Origin: Clostridia bacterium
GTDB lineage: Bacteria > Bacillota > Clostridia > Oscillospirales > Acutalibacteraceae
DNA: 64,000 nucleotides
Assembly (NCBI GenBank): GCA_017402845.1
Contig: JAFPLH010000028.1
Location: forward strand, 38,430 to 102,429
Direction: 5' to 3'
The translations under genes were made by a program, and so were the position numbers. This document shows positions 58,664 through 64,000 of this stretch, one piece after another. The notes below the pieces were generated by a model. The model saw nothing but the letters and a program-made list of their open reading frames with translations, was not told the DNA's origin and ran no database searches. Position 1 is the first letter of the stretch. Every line of letters starts with the position of its first letter.

Positions 58664-61600
58664 AAGAACAGATCTTAAAAAAGTATTGGTAATCGGCTCA
58701 GGTCCGATCGTTATCGGTCAGGCAGCAGAATTTGACTATGCAGGTACTCAGGCTTGCTTAGCACTTCGAGAAGAAGGTTATCAGGTCGTTTTGTGCAACT
58801 CAAACCCTGCTACTATTATGACAGATACCGTTATCGCCGACAAAGTATATATGGAGCCGCTGACACTTGAATATATGGCAAAAATTCTCCGCTATGAGCG
58901 TCCTGACGCTATTGTTCCGGGAATCGGCGGTCAGACAGGTCTTAACCTTGCTATGAAGCTTGCAAGAAAAGGCGTTCTTGAAGAATGTCAGGTCGAGCTT
59001 TTAGGTACAAGCGTAGAAAGTATCGAACGTGCTGAGGACAGAGAGCTTTTTAAAGAGCTTTGCGAGGAGATCGGCGAGCCTGTTTTGCCGTCAATTATTA
59101 CACACTCTATCGAAGAAGGTCTTTCTGCCGCACATGAAATAGGTTATCCTGTTGTACTTCGTCCTGCGTTCACTCTTGGCGGCACGGGCGGCGGTTTCGT
59201 AAACAACGATGAAGAACTCTGCGAGATCATGAAAAATGCCCTCAAGCTCTCCCCCGTTCATCAGGTTCTTGTTGAAAAGAGCGTTAAGGGCTTTAAAGAG
59301 ATCGAGTACGAAGTAATTCGTGACGCAAATGATACGGCTATTACTATATGTAACATGGAAAACCTTGATCCGGTAGGTATTCATACGGGCGACTCTATCG
59401 TTGTTGCACCGAGTCAGACTCTTACAAACAAAGAATATCATATGCTGCGTGACTCTGCGCTTAAAATAATCCGTGCCCTTAAGATCGAGGGCGGCTGCAA
59501 TGTTCAGTTTGCGCTTGATCCGGTTTCTTTCGACTACTATCTTATCGAGGTAAATCCGAGAGTTTCTCGTTCTTCTGCACTTGCTTCAAAGGCAAGCGGT
59601 TATCCTATCGCAAGAGTATCTGCCAAAATTGCAGTAGGTATGACTCTTGACGAAATTCAGATAGCTAACACCCCTGCAAGCTTTGAGCCTACTCTTGACT
59701 ATATCGTAACAAAAATGCCTCGTTTCCCGTTTGATAAGTTCTCAGACGCTTCTAACGTTCTTGGCACACAGATGAAAGCCACAGGCGAGGTAATGAGCAT
59801 AGGCAGAACCTTTGAAGAAAGCCTGCTTAAAGCAACTCGTTCACTCGAAATAGGCGTATATCACATCTATAAGCCGAAGTTTAACAATATGTCGAACGAT
59901 GAGCTTCTCGACTATATCCGCAAGGGTACAGATGACAGAATATACGCAATTGCCGAGCTTATCTGGAACGGCATTGACCTCAGAGAGATTTTCGAGATCA
60001 CAAAGATCGATATGTTCTTCTTAGAGAAGATCAAGAACATTGTAGACTTTGAGCGTGTTGTTGCAAATGCAAAGAATGATATTTCTGTACTTTACGAAGC
60101 AAAGAGAATGGGCTTCTCAGATAAGTATATCGCCAAGCTCTGGCAGACAACAGAAGAAGATATTTATTATCTGCGCAAAGAAAACAATATGTTCCCTGTT
60201 TACAAGATGATAGATACTTGCGCTTCAGAGTTTGAGTCGTATATCCCCTACTTCTATTCGACATATGAGCAGGAGAACGAGTCTATTGTAAGCGACAAAA
60301 AGAAAATTGTTGTTCTCGGTTCAGGTCCTATCAGAATCGGTCAGGGTGTTGAGTTCGACTACTCAACTGTGCATGCTGTTTCTACTATCAAGAACAACGG
60401 CTTTGAAGCTATCATTATAAACAACAACCCCGAAACAGTTTCTACCGACTATACAACAAGCGACAAGCTTTATTTTGAACCCCTCACAGTTGAGGACGTT
60501 ATGAACATCATAGAGCTTGAAAAGCCCATAGGCGTTATTGCTTCACTCGGCGGTCAGACAGCTATAAATCTTGCCGAACCGCTTATGAAGCGTGGTGTAA
60601 AAATTATAGGTACTGACGTTGAGGCAATCGAAAAAGCTGAAAACCGTGATTCATTTGAAAAGATCATGGAGGAGCTTAAAATTCCTCAGCCGACAGGTCA
60701 GGCTGTTACAAATATCGAGGACGGCGTAAGAGCAGCCGCTGAGATCGGATATCCCGTTCTGGTGCGTCCGAGTTACGTTCTGGGCGGCAGAGCAATGCAG
60801 ATAGTTGCAAACGAACATATGCTGCGCCATTATCTCAAGACAGCCGTTGAGGTTGACGAAGATAAGCCCGTTCTTGTTGACAAATACATTGTCGGCAAGG
60901 AATGTGAGGTCGACGCTGTTTGCGACGGCAAAGACGTATTTATCCCCGGACTTATGGAACACGTTGAGCGTACAGGCGTACACTCCGGCGACAGTATCAG
61001 CGTTTATCCCTCTTTCACAATTCCGCAAGAGGTCAAGGACGTTATTATCGACTACACTGTTAAGCTCGGTCTTGGTATTGGTATTGTCGGACTTTACAAC
61101 ATTCAGTTTATCGTTGACAGAAACAACCGTGTTTATGTTATTGAGGTAAACCCACGTTCCTCGAGAACTGTTCCTTTCCTTTCAAAAGCAACCGGCTATT
61201 CTCTGGCAGATATCGCAACGCTTGCTATTCTCGGAAAGAGCCTTAAAGAACAGGGAATCGACGTTGTATACCCCAAAGAAAAAGAGCGTTGGTATGTTAA
61301 AGCTCCTGCTTTCTCATTCTCCAAGCTTTCCGGACTTGACGCTTATCTCTCACCTGAAATGAAATCTACCGGTGAAGCAATCGGATATGACAACACTCTT
61401 ACCCGTGCTTTGTATAAGGCTTTGCAGTCGGCAGGAATCAAAATGGTAAATTACGGTACAGTATTTGCCACAATTGCAGACATAGACAAAGAAGAAGCTT
61501 TGCCGCTTATCAAGCGTTTCTACAATCTCGGCTTTAATATCGAAGCCACAGAGGGTACTGCTAAATTCCTTAAAGACCATGGAATCAGAACAAGAGTACG

Positions 61601-61832
61601 TCATAAAATCGCTAACGAAAACGGCGAGATCGAAACAACTTTGCGTTCGGGTTATATCAGCTATGTTATCAACACAAAGGATATTTACCACGAAAACAGC
61701 AACGACGGCTATCTTATTAGACGCTGGGCTGTTGAAAATAACGTAGCTATTTTCACGGCGCTTGACACGGTAAGAGCATTGCTTGACGTTCTCGAAGAAA
61801 CAACACTTTGTATCTCTACTATTGATATGTAA
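58656..61832 (+). CDS. carB: carbamoyl-phosphate synthase large subunit
   Basis: 1058 aa with duplicated ATP-grasp halves and an MGS-like C-terminal domain. Confidence 0.97.
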   Translation: MAKRTDLKKVLVIGSGPIVIGQAAEFDYAGTQACLALREEGYQVVLCNSNPATIMTDTVIADKVYMEPLTLEYMAKILRYERPDAIVPGIGGQTGLNLAMKLARKGVLEECQVELLGTSVESIERAEDRELFKELCEEIGEPVLPSIITHSIEEGLSAAHEIGYPVVLRPAFTLGGTGGGFVNNDEELCEIMKNALKLSPVHQVLVEKSVKGFKEIEYEVIRDANDTAITICNMENLDPVGIHTGDSIVVAPSQTLTNKEYHMLRDSALKIIRALKIEGGCNVQFALDPVSFDYYLIEVNPRVSRSSALASKASGYPIARVSAKIAVGMTLDEIQIANTPASFEPTLDYIVTKMPRFPFDKFSDASNVLGTQMKATGEVMSIGRTFEESLLKATRSLEIGVYHIYKPKFNNMSNDELLDYIRKGTDDRIYAIAELIWNGIDLREIFEITKIDMFFLEKIKNIVDFERVVANAKNDISVLYEAKRMGFSDKYIAKLWQTTEEDIYYLRKENNMFPVYKMIDTCASEFESYIPYFYSTYEQENESIVSDKKKIVVLGSGPIRIGQGVEFDYSTVHAVSTIKNNGFEAIIINNNPETVSTDYTTSDKLYFEPLTVEDVMNIIELEKPIGVIASLGGQTAINLAEPLMKRGVKIIGTDVEAIEKAENRDSFEKIMEELKIPQPTGQAVTNIEDGVRAAAEIGYPVLVRPSYVLGGRAMQIVANEHMLRHYLKTAVEVDEDKPVLVDKYIVGKECEVDAVCDGKDVFIPGLMEHVERTGVHSGDSISVYPSFTIPQEVKDVIIDYTVKLGLGIGIVGLYNIQFIVDRNNRVYVIEVNPRSSRTVPFLSKATGYSLADIATLAILGKSLKEQGIDVVYPKEKERWYVKAPAFSFSKLSGLDAYLSPEMKSTGEAIGYDNTLTRALYKALQSAGIKMVNYGTVFATIADIDKEEALPLIKRFYNLGFNIEATEGTAKFLKDHGIRTRVRHKIANENGEIETTLRSGYISYVINTKDIYHENSNDGYLIRRWAVENNVAIFTALDTVRALLDVLEETTLCISTIDM

Positions 61833-62019
61833 GCTGACAGTGTGTAGTTTTGTGAGTTGAAACATTGTTAATGTAGCCATAGATTCCACTTTTAGCTTTA
61901 TTCAAAAATTACCGCATTAAAAAAAGGTTATTGATTAGAAAAGAATAGAAAAATAATAAACCAATCAAAGACAGAGCCGATCTGCCTTTGGTTGGTTTAC
62001 GGCAAAACAGGAGAATACT

Positions 62020-63474
62020 ATGAAAGAAAAATTTGCAGCCGCTGCAACTGCAATAATGCTGATCTGCTCACAGCAAACTGTATCAGCTTCTACACATACA
62101 CTCATTCTGGGTGACGTAAATCTGGACGGCAGGGTTACTGCGTTTGATTCTTTACTCGTTCAGCGTCATGTTATCAATATGTTACACCTTGAGGGCGAAA
62201 GGCTTATCGCTGCCGATATTAATCAGACAGGTATGATCTCAAATATTGACGCTATGGAAATTCTCAGAACTTCCATTAAACTCTTGCCCGTTAAAACTAT
62301 CGAAATCGAAGATGTCGTTTCCGATACCGATAAAGAAAGCGACACTGACACTTTTACTGATGATACTACTGATACTACTGATACACCCGATATAGTCATA
62401 ATCGAAAGCGATACTGACACACTTTCTGAGTACGACACAGAAAATGATACCGACACGCTGTCAGAATACGACACAGAAAATGATACCGATACGCTGTCAG
62501 AATACGACACAGAAAATGATACCGACACACAATCCGATAACGATACGGAGAACGATCCCGAAACCGATACAGATAATGACACCGATACCGACGAATACAG
62601 CGATAATATGGGTATTCCCTACTCTATGACGCTTAACTGCGGTGACAGAGTTTATCTTGAACCGGATTATAATGGGTGGTGTTCTTTTTATGCTGACGGT
62701 ACAAGAGCTTCTGACGATCCGAGCTGTACAGTACTTGAAGTATACCAATCGGGAATGATAAAGGGTTATCACACCGGCACAAGCGTTGTTACCGTTGAGG
62801 CTTCTAACGGTGAAAAAGCCTATTGCAAGGTAACAGTTAAACACAATATGACAGAAAGTTATATTCATGTTGGAGATCACAAGCTTAAAGTAACTAAAAA
62901 AATAATGACCGCAAACGACTGCTACAACGAAGCTGACGATTTTGACGTTATCAAAGGACTTATGGTACACTCTACCGCAGAACCGGGAAAAAATGCTGCT
63001 TTCTGGTATGACGCATGGAATCGCCCCGAAACTCCGGCGGCAGTTCATGCTTTTCTGGATAACGAGGAGGTTTGTCAATATCTGCCATATGAACTGCAGG
63101 GCTGGCACGCCGGCAGCTCGGCAAATAGAACACATCTTGATTTCGAGATCTGCGAACCTGCCGGCTTTAATTACGACGAAAACTGGGAAATTGAAAACTA
63201 TGATGTAGAAAAGCAACAGCCTTATTTTGATAAAATCTGGGAAAATGCCACTGTATATTCTGCATATTTATGCTATATTTCAGATCTTGACGCAAGTGAT
63301 ATCATCAGCCACAACGAGGGCGGCAAAATTGGTATTGCAACAGATCATAAGGATCCCGATCACTGGTTTATCAAACATAATAAAACTATGGACGATTTCA
63401 GACATGATGTAGAACAGCTTCTTAAAGAAGATATATATATAACAGACGAGGTAATTGTCAGAGAATTACCTTAA
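62020..63474 (+). CDS. secreted dockerin-containing N-acetylmuramoyl-L-alanine amidase (Amidase_2/PGRP-type) with a D/T-rich repeat linker and an Ig-like module
   Basis: Signal peptide, then a type-I dockerin duplicated Ca-loop (GDVNLDGRVTAFD / ADINQTGMISNID). Next come 3x DTDTLSEYDTEN, a Big_2-like segment (VTVEASNGEKAYCKVTV), and an amidase region (VHSTAEPG, GWHAGSSANRTHLDFEICEP, SHNEG..DHKDPDHW). Confidence 0.75.
   Translation: MKEKFAAAATAIMLICSQQTVSASTHTLILGDVNLDGRVTAFDSLLVQRHVINMLHLEGERLIAADINQTGMISNIDAMEILRTSIKLLPVKTIEIEDVVSDTDKESDTDTFTDDTTDTTDTPDIVIIESDTDTLSEYDTENDTDTLSEYDTENDTDTLSEYDTENDTDTQSDNDTENDPETDTDNDTDTDEYSDNMGIPYSMTLNCGDRVYLEPDYNGWCSFYADGTRASDDPSCTVLEVYQSGMIKGYHTGTSVVTVEASNGEKAYCKVTVKHNMTESYIHVGDHKLKVTKKIMTANDCYNEADDFDVIKGLMVHSTAEPGKNAAFWYDAWNRPETPAAVHAFLDNEEVCQYLPYELQGWHAGSSANRTHLDFEICEPAGFNYDENWEIENYDVEKQQPYFDKIWENATVYSAYLCYISDLDASDIISHNEGGKIGIATDHKDPDHWFIKHNKTMDDFRHDVEQLLKEDIYITDEVIVRELP
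62410..62517 (+). repeat. 3 x 36-bp in-frame tandem repeat (DTDTLSEYDTEN)
   Basis: The units are 62410-62445, 62446-62481 and 62482-62517, with 1-5 differences between them. Degenerate D/T-rich units flank them. Confidence 0.9.
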
Positions 63475-63501
63475 TCACAAATTCATTTCGGAGTGATTTA
63501 T

Positions 63502-64000
63502 ATGAATCAAGGCACATACTCTGTTTTATCTAATATCAACATCGCCAAAGACGTGTATAAGATGATACTCGGCGGCGATACCTCTCAGATAACTGCTCCG
63601 GGGCAGTTTATCAACATTAAGCTTGACGGCTTATATCTGCGCAGACCTATCTCTATCTGCGATTTTGACGAAAACTCAATTACTATCATCTACAAGGTAG
63701 TAGGCGCAGGCACCGAGTTGATGAGCCGCTTTGAAGCTTACAAGAATCTTGACGTTCTTGTAGGACTCGGAAACGGCTTTGACATTTCAAAAAGCGGTGA
63801 CCGTCCGCTGCTTATCGGCGGCGGCGTTGGTGTTCCGCCTATGTATTACCTTTGCAAGGCTTTGCTCGAAAAAGGCGTTTCACCAACTGTTATTCTCGGA
63901 TTCAATTCCGCCGAAGATGTATTCTACGAGAAAAAATTCAAAAAGCTCGGTGTTCCCGTTTACGTTGCTACCGTTGACGGAAGCTGCGGCATTAAAGGCT
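63502..64000 (+). CDS. pyrK: dihydroorotate dehydrogenase electron-transfer subunit (5' part; continues past window end)
   Basis: Manual translation from the ATG at 63502 gives MNQGTYSVLSNINIAKDVYKMILGG...RRPISICD...LIGGGVGVPPMYYL, an FNR-like PyrK pattern. It is absent from the ORF track because no stop lies in the window. Confidence 0.85.
   Translation, partial: MNQGTYSVLSNINIAKDVYKMILGGDTSQITAPGQFINIKLDGLYLRRPISICDFDENSITIIYKVVGAGTELMSRFEAYKNLDVLVGLGNGFDISKSGDRPLLIGGGVGVPPMYYLCKALLEKGVSPTVILGFNSAEDVFYEKKFKKLGVPVYVATVDGSCGIKG

Noticed and set aside
62223-63216. Minus-strand ORFs 62223..62582 and 62497..63216 inside the dockerin-amidase gene
   Set aside because: These are shadow ORFs opposite a gene with recognisable domains. 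The SVS-repeat peptide is simply the antisense of the D/T-rich repeat.

Overview
This is a 64-kb chromosomal segment from a spore-forming Clostridia member that also encodes a dockerin protein. Gene content (spoIIIA, bofA, SASP, dockerin) suggests Oscillospiraceae/Ruminococcus; that assignment is inference, and GC looks low-40s % by eye. It holds about 60 tightly packed housekeeping genes, mostly on the minus strand. They include spoIIIAA-AD, pdp plus a BMP lipoprotein, a small glycan cluster, tex, a Clp-type unfoldase, ecfA1-ecfA2-ecfT-truA, glmM, ruvCAB, rtcB, an FHA-SEDS fusion with a class B PBP, nfeD-SPFH, def, the full F1Fo atpIBEFHAGDC operon, cinA, a SASP gene, three FAD flavoproteins, and pyrC-carAB-(dockerin amidase)-pyrK. 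I found no rRNA, tRNA, CRISPR array, transposase, prophage or recognisable defence genes. The main unexplained signal is intergenic. Four full copies of a ~162-bp rod-like hairpin element carry perfect 4-bp A/T target-site duplications (MITE-like). Its arms fold well on only one strand, with G:U wobbles and tandem GA mismatches spaced 11 nt apart. A fifth element has unrelated arms but the same covarying apical hairpin, and there are several remnants. A second multi-hairpin repeat family shows compensatory stem changes. Secondary points are a spoIIIA operon that stops after spoIIIAD, a c-subunit with a two-carboxylate Na+-type site plus a truncated epsilon, a Clp ATPase with a ClpX-like zinc ribbon, and a dockerin-amidase gene interrupting the pyr operon. 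Start codons were refined by eye from RBS spacing. All homology calls come from motif recognition, not database searches.
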